Shown one piece after another: positions 26,561 to 40,037 of a stretch of DNA of 64,000 nucleotides (position 1 is its first letter; each line of letters begins with the position of its first letter). The notes below the pieces were generated by a model. The model searched no databases, was not told the DNA's origin, and saw only the letters and a program-made list of their open reading frames with translations. The stretch lies in assembly GCA_910592345.1 (NCBI GenBank), contig CAJVPI010000002.1, forward strand, positions 62,001 through 126,000. Reading direction: 5' to 3'. The position numbers and the translations under genes were made by a program. The DNA is from Paraglomus brasilianum (taxonomy: Eukaryota).

Positions 26561-27849
26561 TTTAAGTAGTAGTAGTAATAATGATTTTATTAAGAGGTAT
26601 ATACGATATGCGATTTATAAGGTTATTTTACAACGAATAAGAAATTCTGAGATTGTGATATGAATAATTAAATCTTACAAGCACTCTCAGCGAAGAAAGT
26701 ATAGGAATACTATTAGTACAGAAATAGTATAAAATTTTATATCACCTTAGTTTGATGCGTAGACCATCATGTGGTATTTTGGGAATTCACAATAATAAAG
26801 ACATATATAGTACACGCGTGGTCGTCTAATTAATTTTCTAATCGATAGTAGTTTCAGTATAGTGCCGTTTATTTCCCTGACAATAATTTCTCCGTCATCA
26901 GGAATAAAATTTGTACCTCTATAAAGAAGTATAGCTTTGGTTTGACGCCCGCAATAATCAGTCTGCCCATCATAAATCATGTGTTTCCTTAATTTAATAT
27001 GCATTATGGTACATTGTCTCATACATTATCTAAAGATAAACACCGCAATTACTTGAAGTGATGTAACTGACATTTGAATTTTATATAAACCTTCTACTTT
27101 CCTCGTCAGAAACTCAAGTCAAGGCAATAATATTTAACGCGTTTATAATATCCCTGCCGTGACGAAGATTTGTAATTTTCTCGAGAATAACATCTCCAAA
27201 ACTAAACGCGAACATATTGAAAATATACCATTGCAGCTGTTTGTAGTAACATGCAAGTGTCTTAAAATTATAAAAGGGACAAAATCAGTTTCAACGTGAC
27301 TTATACAAACTTACATACGTGAAGTGCAAGATCAAGTCTTTAATGACCGTCGCTCATAATATGTATTTAATATTTAAATTCCTGTAAAGTGGACAACTAT
27401 ATGGTAATAGAAATCTCCACTTTTTCTTTTGTCTTTCTATTTAATTTATCATACAATGTTAAGAGAATTTTATATCACGCGAGAGTGAAACGTTGAAGTG
27501 TTAGGGTGATGGTGATGGACATGAGGAATGAGTCGTAGTAGTAATTATATCAAGACCCAAAAATTGGTATATTTTATGTCGAGTCGTTGCATTGAAGATC
27601 AATGTTTTGTCGTCAATAAAGACAATAAAGCAATCGGATATACACCGTGAACAAGACTGGTGTTGATACTATAAGTAAGGTCGATACTCTAAATAATATC
27701 CAGCCTCGTATGCCATGCTGTTTCTTTTCCGAACATATATTTTCAAAACTACATTGGTAGAAAACACTTATATAATGAAAGCGGATGTTTATTTATATGT
27801 GTCAGTACAAACAACAAGTTGATATTCTAGACATTAAAAATTATTCTGG

Positions 27850-29050
27850 TTGGGTTCCCCTATCACTCCGTCCTCATTAGGTGTAATCATCCAGAGACCG
27901 ACAAGTGTTCGAAGTCCCTTCCGTGCCGTTGCAGCCCCACTGTGGTAGCTGTGCCATCGCGCTATTTATCTGAGGATAAGAAAAATTCATTCACGATTAT
28001 TATAACGTATGGAAATGAGTAAAATCATGTAAGTAGCTTTTGTCTAAATTCTGTCTAAATTATTCACGATTATTACAATGCTCACGTGGTCGAAAAGAAA
28101 AACATGTGAAATATATTTACCAGTTCATCCCAGCTTCGGAAAAGTGGGACGGCCTGTAAACGTTCGTGTAACATGTTAATTACTTCGAGGAAAACGCTCG
28201 TTAATATTCTCCAGAGCCTCCTCCGCGGCGTGTCGTATTGTTTTCTTCGTCTCACGCCGTGTTGAGGCCCTGCGGCAACTGGCCTGTGATAAAATAATTC
28301 ATTCGCAAATTATTAAAAGATCATCTTTTTGAAAAAGAAAAAGAAGAGTATGTAAATATACTTACCAATCTTTCGTGGCCATTTATTTATATCGGCCATT
28401 CTGACTACGGGGCATTGTGCGTCTGATGGTGACAATAAATTAAAGAGTTAGGATGGGAATAAGTCATATTTACAATATCAATGAAGCTTATTCTTTACTT
28501 ACATTATCGCGATAGATCTGCGTGATATGGTCACCTCCAATAACTAGGGAGGATGACGAGCGATGACACTACGCGTTGATATATTAAAATAATTAGCAAA
28601 ATGGTGAAAGCATGTAGGCAGCTTCAATTATAGCTTACATTGATAAATCGCCTGTGGCCATTGCCCGACCCAACGGTATTTCTACCATATAGGAAAAGCA
28701 CTATTAAAATCGAGACAGGTTAAATAAAAGAAATTAGTAAACTGACATTGAGCATCCTGTTGGGTTAACAGTGAATAAAAAAAAAGATGGCATTCTCGAG
28801 ATATTAAGAAGGTTCATTATTAGGATAAAACCTGTCAGAAAAACGTATACTATCATGAAGATTTTTCCATATTGACACTAGATTCTGTTATAAACACTAC
28901 AATACCATCAAGCATTATTGCTATCGTATCGCATATCCGTAAATACTAACAGAGAGACTTACCGATAAAATAAAAGTAACCGATATATGGCATATTAAAA
29001 AATGGCCAACATCGGCCGTAGTTGGGACAAGGGACTGTAAAAATGTTCAT
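27850..29050 (-). pseudogene. Micro-exon-rich small gene (copy 1 of the duplicated segment)
   Basis: At least 7 short exons bounded by GTAAG/GTCAG/GTAAA donors and YAG acceptors. Several exon borders are conserved in the paralogue at 44490-45477. Confidence 0.5.
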
Positions 29051-30202
29051 TTTTGAAAGAGGATAAGTGCCTTGGAGAGTTATATCTCTTATCATGAAAA
29101 AGCTTGTTGCCTACAGGGCGGTTGTATTTGACTAAAACATGGATTGTTGGTCGGATGGTATACAATCTTGTGAACTTGTCAGATTTTCAATACAAATAAC
29201 AATTATTATGCGAGTTTACAAACAAAAGTCGATGTTGCTCTCATTCAACCAATGATTTTATTTTGGAACTATGTTATGGTTTGTGTCACATTGAAATTTG
29301 TTTTGGTTAAATGTAGTTATTGCGCCATATTAATATTTATTCCAAGTCATAAGCGTACCGAACAGCTAAAGCAACGGTTTATCAGCAGCAATATTGTAAC
29401 TATTGTTTGTTGACGAGGGAATATGAAATGTACGATGACTATTATTTTCACTTTACATAATATATGTTTATGTCGAAGTTATGGTATTATAATTGTTATT
29501 CTCTGTGTAATTATAAATGATATTCATATGGATTAAATTGCATAGACAATAAAGACTTTTTGATCTTCTTTTAGATTAACTCTTTTTGGATTTTGGTATA
29601 CAACCAAGATGCAATACTTTTCATTGATTGGCGTATATATTTTTAGATAGCACAAACGTTATAACAATTGTCTAAACTCAACACATAATATATATATTCT
29701 GTTTGACATGAACGGCCATTTAACCCATTCGAGAGCTCTCATTTATTATAGCTTATCGTTATCCTGATTGTTACTAACCTAAATTTTGGAATCTTCATCT
29801 TCTTTCATCTGTCCAACCTTCTTTAACAATTACCGTAGCACAACAGAAATTGTACATATTGTTATACAGAATATAATACAGTATGTTATAAATCAAAAGG
29901 AGTGCATATTAATATGGGTTTATACTAATATACAATACGCATGCAAGGCGTCACAACTAACGCCAAAGACATGAGAATAATAATTAGATACTACATGCAT
30001 TCTAGTCAAATTGGACTGGGTACAAACAAGCGTACGCGTATACATATCTAATGTATTGTTCTGTTTATGGGAACGTTTGTAAGATAACAGTACTACATTG
30101 TCTAGTGACTTACCGATATCGATATCCTGTTTTTAATACCACCATCTTTGTTTCACCAATAAACAATAGCAGGAAGACAAAGAAGCTTGAACCTGTTATG
30201 TA

Positions 30203-30282
30203 TGTTGTGTTTGGGACCTGTCTCAGTTCGGAACCCAGTCACTCAGTCCAGAACTGAGACAGGTCCCAACTGAGGTACAACA
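30203..30282. mobile_element. 80-bp TGTTGT...ACAACA micro-MITE with a 4-bp TSD
   Basis: Flanks are tgta/tgta. It contains a perfect 19-bp inverted repeat, ttgggacctgtctcagttc / gaactgagacaggtcccaa. The paralogous site near 47300 appears to lack it. Confidence 0.7.
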
Positions 30283-30521
30283 TGTATAGGAAAATATCTG
30301 CACGCGTACGTATGGCATATCATTTCCCTTTGTCTCAATAAGCAAAATATTCTAAAATTGAGATTGTGCTCATATATTATTTGGATTAAGCAAGACGACT
30401 GATTGTTAGTTGTTTTGCAATTGTTTCAATGATAATGAAGGATGGCATTTGTGAATGATTCAATCTCATGTAAAATTACGTATTTGACTTTATGGATACT
30501 ATGAGTTACCAAGAGTAGATA

Positions 30522-30607
30522 TGTTGTACCTCAGTTCGGGACCATCTCAGTCTAGAACTTAGTTGTCTCGGTCCAGAACTCAGTCATCTCGATCCAGAGA
30601 TACAACA
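30522..30607. mobile_element. 86-bp micro-MITE of the same family
   Basis: TIR tgttgtacctc / gagatacaaca, internal ctcagtcc(a)gaact-type repeats shared with 30203-30282, and flanks gata/gtta. Confidence 0.65.
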
Positions 30608-30630
30608 GTTATCAAGTAACCAAGAGTAGA

Positions 30631-30720
30631 TACACCCGTTTGCCTGTTCGTCTAGCAGGGCTTACACGAGATTCATCAGTGAAAACGTAAGCCGGTAGTT
30701 AATTAATAAGCACAGGACTA
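30631..30720 (-). ncRNA. Degenerate hammerhead-ribozyme-like motif
   Basis: Minus strand: cctgt...ggcttac..CTGATGA atct...gtaagcc...agac GAA cagg. Has the core CUGAUGA, a stem II-like TCT/AGA, a stem III-like CCTG/CAGG and 7-bp loop-loop complementarity. GAAA, the cleavage triplet and stem I are non-canonical. Confidence 0.3.
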
Positions 30721-31339
30721 CTTCTCGGCGCTGAGAACAGAATAGAAGCATAAATTCCCGAGCTTAAAAGCTCGCAATATTACGCTCGCCGATTACAATT
30801 GGACTGTTATTTATGGCATTGGGACCTTGACTATTTGTATTGTGATAAAAAAAATGGCGGGTATTTCTGCACTATAATTTTGCGAATACGTGGTGCTTTT
30901 CAAATAGTAAAAACAGAAAATTATTTTATAAAAATAGCTTAACAAGAAACTGGATTTTAAGATGTCAAAAATAAAAATAAAAACAAAAATAAAAATAAAA
31001 ATAAAAATTTACGATAAATTGATCGTTCGAAAAGTAAAAACCACTGCTTCGTCAAAGTGTTATTTAATTGTTTACGGATTTAAGTCGAGAATAAAAGAAA
31101 TGATTACTAAACATGGACAACTGGATACGTTGTTTTGTTAATATACAAATGATGTCATTACATCAAAAAAGATCAATATTTGCTACCAATGTTTGCGTAA
31201 ACGCCTGCAAGTTCATGGTTTGATGATATCTAGAGTTTGAATACAATGAATTAAAAATGCTTGCAAATCGTTCGTCAAAATTATACGCTAATACGTATAA
31301 CTCGCGTTATCCAAAGCATAAAAAGTTTTATTTAAAGCA

Positions 31340-31430
31340 ATGCCTACACTGAGTCCAGACAATAAGCGTGAAATTTGTGAATATGCTAAACGTTTGAAAG
31401 CGAAGCATAGCGAACTAGCAACCGTTCAAT
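31340..31430 (+). mobile_element. pogo/Tc5 (CENP-B-type) transposase N-terminal HTH remnant
   Basis: MPTLSPDNKREICEYAKRLKAKHSELA resembles the CENP-B N-terminal pattern KREICEY...ELA. Confidence 0.4.
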
Positions 31431-31689
31431 AAAAAGTTCATCCTATAGATCGCGACAAAATTGACATTTACTTTGGAAGTGAATTCAAAAGCGGGTACAG
31501 TAAAATTGCAATAATATAATTTTAATCACATGACCATACGTAAAATTTAAAGATACAAAATCAACTTTATTTGACCTACTCAATGAGTGATATAACTTTA
31601 TTACAAATTTACATGTAAATAACAGCTTATGTTCAATCCTTTAGTCATCCAACTGCCGAGTCCACAGATTCAATGACTGGTAGAATTAG

Positions 31690-33957
31690 AGATCATATGA
31701 TATAGGAGGCGTAAGATCATACGACATAGGACACCAGGCATACGAGGTTTCAGTCAAATCCAGTCCCTCTTAAAGGCTGTGGTTCAAAGGTGAGATTGGA
31801 TCGGGACTGACCCTTATCATTATAATAGCTATCGAATTTTCTCTGATCCGAGCATTGACCTGCTTGGTTAGTTTCCTCTCTTGTCTGTATTCAACTTTCA
31901 AATATTAATATTTCATATATTTTGAAATAGTTCCTCCAATTCTCCGGCGCTAACATCAGATTTAATAAAGCCAAACATGGCTAATGTCCTTTGGTCATCT
32001 TTTCTATCGGAGTAAACGACGTCGTTTATACCATGGCACCTTGACTGCTTTGTTTTTTCTTTATAATTTTCCTTTTCAATCCAGAAATACCGTCATTACT
32101 AGATACACTCGTTTCGCGGCGACCGTCGCGTGATGGTTGTTCCAGTGTCCAAGGAACATTTACAACGTTGATAGACACCTCGGGCTCATTAGCTTCCTTT
32201 CGTCTTACATACATATTTTGAGTCCCATACTTTGCATCTTTATATTCGTAACCCTTACACCATTGTTTCTTGCTTCCTCACTCAACCCTCTTCTCGCATC
32301 TTGCTTCTCTAATAATATTCCTTCACACTCTTTCTACTCGTTATCCTCCATAACCGTAGCACACAAATCTTCAGTATTTCGTGATAACATAACAATTTCG
32401 ATAAATCAAGAAATGTCGATATAAGACGTTTGGATATTACATTGGCAATACTGAGAATCCGATCGCAGCTGAGACCTCTGCATCATTGGTTTCTTGAGGC
32501 GGTAGTACCCGTTCAACAATGACCGGTTCAAGTATTGGTTTCTTTCTCGGTCTACCAGGGCCGCGCTTCTTCGGAACTACATACATAACTTCGCGCGATT
32601 GTATCGGAGCAGTAGATGCTGAAGAGACCTTACCCGTAGCATCCCTTGAATAGCCGTGCCTTGTAATGAATCGGTTGAGTAGTTATGTCATCTCTTGCTA
32701 CGGTAACGTGACGGCTAGTACTGACTGCACCTGGCACTTCTCGTGTTTGCGAACGAGTACGCCTCGCAGATCTTTCAATTATGTTCGTTTACTAGTGTCT
32801 GTTTGTTGATGTGATTCAAAAAATCGGGGGAGAATAATCGCGTCCGTTTGACAACCTTGGTCATGTGCCTTGGGTTTCTTTGGGATAGAAGGAGTGGAAA
32901 TCTGATGCGCTTGGTCTGTTGGCTCTACTTTCGTCAAATTTTCATCTCTATCAATATTTTCATCTGATTGATGCAACCGCAGACTACTCTCTTCATAATC
33001 ATCGTGGTCAAATTTTGATTCTGTTGCGGGACTATGATGCGCGTTATTATGACTTTTATACTCTGAAATATACTTATTGTTAATGTGGTATTCATACAAG
33101 CGAAATTGTTTTTCAATACCATTAGTATCATTGTTCATTTCGTGTATTGGATCTACATTTCTAGGATAATGAGATATTTGGTTGAAAGAAAAGTTCGGCG
33201 AGTTGCTTTGAGATGTTCGTCGAGATCCAGCTGGATGCATACAATAATCCCATTTAAATTCGGCTGGTGGTTCTCCATTTCGGAGACATTCCAGTGTTCT
33301 TCTTACTGTAAGATGATTTATGAACTGTGTTCCATATAGATATAAATGGCTCTTTGTTTGGATCAAAGATCCTCATATCTCCGTGAGGGGCAGTTCCACT
33401 GGGGCACTTAGCTCGAAAGAGACCGTGCAAGTATTATGCTCAGCAAGGCCGCTAGACCATGTGCATAGCCTTCTGTCTTGTTATGCAATTCAAGCGTTAC
33501 TCATATTATTCGTGTTACTAATACTCTTGTTCAATAACTTTGGTAATCAATCCAGTCAGCAGTCCTGACATTGAAAACCCAAAACTTCTTAAGCATCAAC
33601 TAGCCGCTCTTGGATGTTCATCAACATCTCCAATTCCGCTCGCAGCCCCTCCGAGATCAATAAATGATCCCGAAATTTCTTCTACCGCACATATCAATGC
33701 ATTTCAACACTTCCATGTCAGATTGTTGTATCGGTTTAGAATGGTAGAAAGGGAAAGGATTGCCTGTACTTGACCTTGCTCGGTCAGGAGACGCGTGGAA
33801 ATTACGTCACGAAGAAGTGGGATCGAAAATTGAGTGGATGTATTGCGGGCGTGTCGAAGTAAGTGTTTATGATTGAGGTGTAGTTATTTTCTACGTATTT
33901 CGTTCCCAATTGAATAAACAGCCCGGCATTCTCTCTAATTGTCTTCATTGTCAGCAT
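31690..33957 (-). pseudogene. AT-hook-containing putative nuclear protein gene, frameshifted
   Basis: Long coding-like minus-strand stretch including ORFs 32779-33366 and 32026-32214. AT-hook PKKRGPGRPRKKP near 32540-32575. The N-terminal globular segment is not recognised. Confidence 0.55.
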
Positions 33958-34499
33958 GGATGGGGTCGCGTGGTGGGGACGAGAGTAACAAAAAGCCAAT
34001 AAGAAAGACTTTGTGGAGTTTGCCCGAGAAATTGAATCAAAAAAGGGCGACATTTGATCAGGCTAAATACCTATCGAGTTAGTTGTGGAAGAAAGTAGTT
34101 GGCGGCAAGGAGGTCCAGAACGAAAAGCTGAATGTCGCCTAGCGCGTACGGACCTTGGATTTAATATTGGTGAATTTCCGCGAGGCTTTCCGTAGAAATG
34201 AAATATGGGATTTCTTTTTCCCACTGAGAGATGTCATAAGCTTTCACCTATTTCTGTCGATGCTTTGACATTCTGGCGTGAAAAAGTGCTTGGGCGAGCT
34301 ATCGCAGTTGGAAAGTAAAAGTTCCTGAATTCGGTAGTTGACGGATCTAAAAATCCAATAACGATTGACAATTTGTTAATGATACATCTTAGATCATAGA
34401 GGTGGCTCAAGACGTCCAAATATTCATACGAACAGATACCAAAGTATCACATTTACTACCCTATGCATCAGCATATTCCAATACCAATTTCCTGTCGCA

Positions 34500-37400
34500 T
34501 ACTAACCTCCCATTTCCTCCAATGCCCCGTCAATCCTCAATCCATTATCTATATATCGTCCACATCATGAGTGCTACTTGGGGAGGGAGTTATGATTTTC
34601 GGTTTGTGGCGTGTGAGGACGTTTTCCCTGGGTTGACGGGAAACTCTTTGTATAGATAAATGGCTCGGTACATGCAACATGAGACCTATGGGAATCAATC
34701 AGGCAGTATGGAAACATATTAATATACACTAACTATATCAAATTAAAAAATTTTGCGCTTTACTTACATTGCTATTACTTGTCAACTTGCAGAAAGCAAC
34801 CTCGTTTAAAATATCATCGGCTTTTACTAACTTAATCGACTCATCTTCTCTTAATAATAATATATATGGACCAACAGCATGTTCACTGACGATGACGTAT
34901 TTCAGACCAAAAAGAAGGCTGATCTCATTGGCACACTTGTATTATGCGAATTCATAAGCCTGCATTATCGAGTCCTTAGATATCCTTCCCTGCCAATGAA
35001 TTTCGTTTGAGCAACCCATACCATTGTCCTTGAGACAAATATTTATCAACCGCGGCTCTGCCAAAATCAAATCTCGCTCTTCCGTAATGAGCCGACATCG
35101 GACTGTCCATATGTCCATGCATCACTAATGCCGAACTAGGAGAGAACTCGCGGAAATAATTTCACGCTTAAGTGGATCAAAACATAGGAAATCAATGTTA
35201 GCTTGATTCGATAGCAAGAATTGCTAATATATAACTTCATTATAAAACTTACGTAATAATCCACATCCTTTTTTACACTGCGACGCTATCATCATTATCA
35301 TACACCAGAAGTAAAAAACGGTATCACACGGGAAGAGTCTAATACTACATTTCGGCAACTTCTGAGGTTTATGAGAGAGAAAGTAGACTGGTTTCGGAGA
35401 CGTACGTATGTCGTCATTATTAATGTGCACGTATATTTTTTTGTTTAGTTTCAAATACACGTAGAATGGGGTTTTTCGGCAAGTACCCCAATATTTAAGG
35501 GACCCAGCCACCCTACTGTTCCACAAGGTGGACATATTAATATGTGTCAAGTACTTCTTCATTAATTCGGCCATAATGTCTGTTCAAGACGCAGTCACGA
35601 ATGAGTCATTCGAAGATTAATGCAAATAATATCATTTTTGATCGAAATATAAATAATATTTTAAAAGTGAATAATCTATTTTATTTGCTATCGACTACCA
35701 TACCATGCCTCTGCTATAGCTGGAAGATGGGACTCGTATTTAAATAATTAGATTGACAGAATACACGGAAATATTATTCCTAAACATTATACTGCACATT
35801 TACATGAAAAGAACACTATACAATATAATAAAGCGCGCAATTATATTGATGATATATTATCCAATGTTTGATAAAATTTGGACCGCAGATTGAGCTCTTC
35901 AAGAAGTTATAACGGTTATGATAGTGTTACATTATGCAACGGAAAGATTATTCTCGCTACTACCAACATCCTTATGGTAAAAAATACACTCCGCTACAAA
36001 TAAGTGTCTATTTTAATGTGGCCTAACCTAAGAACGGTTCAAATTTCAAGATAGGATAATTTGCAAAAAAATAAAATAAATTTTTTTGTCACGGTACACA
36101 TAATTACGCCTCTTTATTATAAACTTGTTTCCAAGTTACCTGCTACATGAACATGTACGTATGTGTTACTTATTGATCCGGAAGACATCCCATTTGATTA
36201 GCTTTACATGTAGTAGTGTAGTGATATTCCTGAATCATGAAATATCAATCCCTAACAAAATACATTAGTTCATACTAAAATTCAAAACAATCCGACATAA
36301 ATGCACTTGCATCTATGGTTTAATAATTTTTTTCCTATTTCGAGACACTATTTATGTGCAATCTTTTCTTTTAGTAGAGTTTTCAAGTCCTTTTTTCTTT
36401 TAGTAGATCGATGCATAAGTATAATATAATAATAAAATGTCGCAATTTGTTATTTATTAGATGCCTAATTCAAAACTTTTTGAGTTGATTAAAAGTCTTA
36501 AGTGTTTGAAGTTAGGCATTTATTGGGTTATACAGTGTGTTGCAAAAGAAAAAAAAGTTAACCAAAGGCATAAATTTTCGATTGCAGAACTTTATGAGAT
36601 AAATTTAAAATTATTGTAACATTAAAATAAAAATTTCCTAATATCTAGTTTATTATTTATGACCGTTCTGCTTCAAACTGGTTTATTATTTTTATAAACA
36701 AAAAATTTTTTGTATGTTTGTTTTCCCTCTTGTTCACGTGTAACTCATGTATATTAGGCATTTTTTTTTGTCAAATTATTTTCGAATAAACAACGATTAT
36801 ATTCCGAATTGTAATAAAATCCTTTGGTAACCTAACAGTTCCATCTTTTGAGCTTGTGAGGAAACTATTTTATTTACTGATTGGCTCGTAGATTAAAATG
36901 ACAGAATTTGAATATGACTTGATTATAGTACAAGGCTACTCAGGGTTATTTATAATTAATGTGATTCATTAATTTCACCAAATTCTGGTTTTTGGTGGAT
37001 ACTAAATGTCTTACAACTGCATTTAGATATTAATATTAACATACAGTAAATATTCGAAAGGTGAGTTTACATCTTTACGTTATCTTTATGCACCTAGCAC
37101 GTCTCATTCGAGCGAGAGCTTATTTTATATTGTAATTAACTAATGAAGATGTAACTATGGACACAGCTTTGATATCAATTGTTGGCTAAGAAATGACCAA
37201 AATGACTGCTTTGCTACAATATTGTTGTGATAAAATTGGGTTAATTATGGGTTACTAATTGTCTTTATACATTTAATTCAATGTGCTTATCGAGCATATT
37301 AAAGAATTTATTTTCTAACCTGGTTCCAGTGTTGCGTTTTGCCCACATTTACTGTATTTGAAACGTTTTGTTTGTACAGTGGAAAACGCAACAATAATTA

Positions 37401-38500
37401 CACTTTTGAAAAACAAGTAATGGATTTTAGATTTTCAATGTCTTCTGTTGTTTGAACCTAATCATCGATTAATTATGAAAGCATAGTGAAGCTAATATGT
37501 GAAATCAATAAGGGCTGGCAAGATAAGGAATTACTTGTTATCAAAACAATTCCGATATATGTCGCGTAGATAAATCGAGGCTGTTATTTGATGTTTTGGT
37601 TATACCTCAAACTGTTTGTTACTTCTCTCGTAGGTTGGCCAATAAGCACCCGCTAGTGAAAAAACAACAAATGTCAAACCACTAGAATGCAAAATTTAGG
37701 TTCAGAAGAAGAATGTGCTCACACGACAAGGTAATTGAGATAGACATCAAGAATGATACGGCGTACAGCCGAAGTTGCGTGTTAATAAACAACGACATAA
37801 ATATCCTCTGCTTCAACTGTCAGAAACCCACACAAGTTAAATTGGCAAGACAATACTTGAACGATGTCGGGAGAATAGACTTTTATTAATTTCTAGTAGA
37901 CTGCCAGAATAAGTAAAAGGCAAATGTGAGAAAGTAATAGAAAACAATAGTGAACAAAATTTATTCAATGTAAAGCTGCTCTGAAGCATCAATAGTACGG
38001 CAACGAAAATTTTTTGCAAGCCCACTCGGTACGTTCTTTAACTGCCTGGTAACCTGGGGAAATACTAGAACGTCCCATTTACATATTATCGGTTGTTTCA
38101 ATTATATGTTCCAACAACTCAACTCCAAGTTCTGTTGCAAATGTTTTTGGTCAAAGCGAAAATGGCCAATGAAATGGTTGCTGTTAATAGCACACACAAT
38201 GCTGACAAGTTTTCCCGTTCCGTTGACAAAGCCTTATGCATTGTTCTTTATCACATGCACTTTTTCCCATAAAAAAGGGAAGACAAATAGAATAAATGTG
38301 CTGCGTATAGTTGGAGATGCGGATGATAAGGTCACAAGGCGACTGTAAGCAAACATGAGTTATCTCTTGTGCATAATACGCCCTCCCATATGAGTACCCG
38401 AATCAAACAACTGAAGCTTAAATAGGAAACTTCATTGGGGCAAGTATAGTCTTGTGCGCCTCAATCCTGTTTTTCAGAGGCGGTGCAATATCGACGTTCC
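34500..38500 (-). pseudogene. Intron-rich decayed gene, paralogue of 13750-15858, interrupted by an AT-rich insert (~35800-37400)
   Basis: FVNGTGKL near 38220, ESIKLVKADDILNEVAFCKLTSNSN|gtaagt near 34765-34845, and CLIDSH near 34690-34705. Confidence 0.5.
37330..37393. mobile_element. 64-bp TGT...ACA inverted-repeat element
   Basis: Perfect 11-bp TIR tgttgcgtttt / aaaacgcaaca with inner actgta/tacagt. No TSD is evident. Confidence 0.4.
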
Positions 38501-40037
38501 AAATCAGCAATATTCGCTGTAAGATGGATTCGATCAATTCTTCAGATCTAATAATAGCACAAATGTGCATTAATATAGTACATTGTGATGTTTGGTATAT
38601 GTGACATGATCATAAAGATAACAAGAAGAATGAGGGACGGAGGGGCAAAAAGAAATAAATAGTGATTAGTAATACAATAGATAATATAGTTTACGACACC
38701 ATATTAATATGGGTTTTAGCTCTCCCGTTCTCTGAAAACGTCTTTGAGCAACTATTATTTGGTTTGCTTTATTCCTTCCTGGTAACAGGTTGAAGGGAGT
38801 AAAAATCTAGATCCTGACTATCTATCAGACAATCCGATAATCGTTTTGTAGGTTTTACCGAACGCCCATCTTGAACTTTATTTACAAGGGAACGGTGATG
38901 TTGGGGAATGAATGATAAATGAGACAAACAACCATGCATTAGGTTTATCGAATGACTGATAGCGTTTCTATTTCAATCTTTATCCCGTTAACTTTGTATT
39001 ATCATAGAAATATCATATATGAAATTTGTGTGACGAAAACACGTCGATCGTTTAACATCGTGCCCTTATGCCATCAATACACACAACGACAATATCAAGC
39101 TGTGGTAGCACTACACACTTAAACTTCACAAGAACCTGATATCACGGGTGACATGCATGCGCTCAATGAAGAAAACAGTGGAGGCGCAAATATCCTAAAT
39201 GTATTAGCATAGTGATAAAATATTTGCTTGTAATAATAATCCACCTTTTGGCTAGAAAATTTCTTTTTGACCATTTCTCTTTCGCAAAGCATGTATTCTG
39301 GATATTCTTTAAGAAATTAGTTTGTTCGGATGTCCCTTTACAACTATAGTTTCCCTTTACCAAGGGGATGTAAACGTGAAGTTGTACTACATTCCATTGT
39401 CCCCATGATCGACAACGATATGCATCAATACATTCAATAGAACAATTCTGTACCGTATAATAGAATGACTTTACAATAACTTGTCCAAAGCAGGCCTTTT
39501 ACGATAGATTGCGTAGAGGCGTATAACACAAGCCTTTTTACGGACACAGCCATCTTTTAAAAACGTATAAAAATGTTTCATTTATACTATTCTTCATATA
39601 CGACTTATTGGAAACCAACTCAAGTATGTACACTACATTTCTTTTATTGTGCATCTGTTGACGTTAGACCAAAGAGCAATGGACTTGATACCACAACTCT
39701 AATACTCGTGTCTTATTGGATATCAACCGGGACATGAAACCAAATATTTCAAACCCGTCTACTGCGAGGCCTTCCCAACTCAAATAGACGATAACTGGGA
39801 CAATGGAAAGTAACAAATACCAATCACTGATCAGCATTATCAACCGTTTTTGAAAACTATTCAAGTTTGCAGTATGTTATTTATAATATTTTAATTTAGC
39901 ACTATTGTCTAGAATTTATTATAAATACGCTACTTGATTCCCCAAAATTCCACATCTGGTTGTCTCATGAGTCATATTTTCCACTCGCTCTTTATATAAA
40001 AAATACCTCTCGCCATCCACCCATAATTCATTTAGAA

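Larger units (their letters stand above)
27735..31233. repeat. Segmental duplication, copy 1 (copy 2 at ~44360-49134)
   Basis: Collinear anchors: aaagcggatgtttatttatatgtgtcagtacaaa (27778/44432), ttaccaatctttcgtggccatttatttatatcggcc, atatattctgtttgacatgaac, gtgaatgattcaatctcatgtaaa and tttgatgatatctag. Confidence 0.85.
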
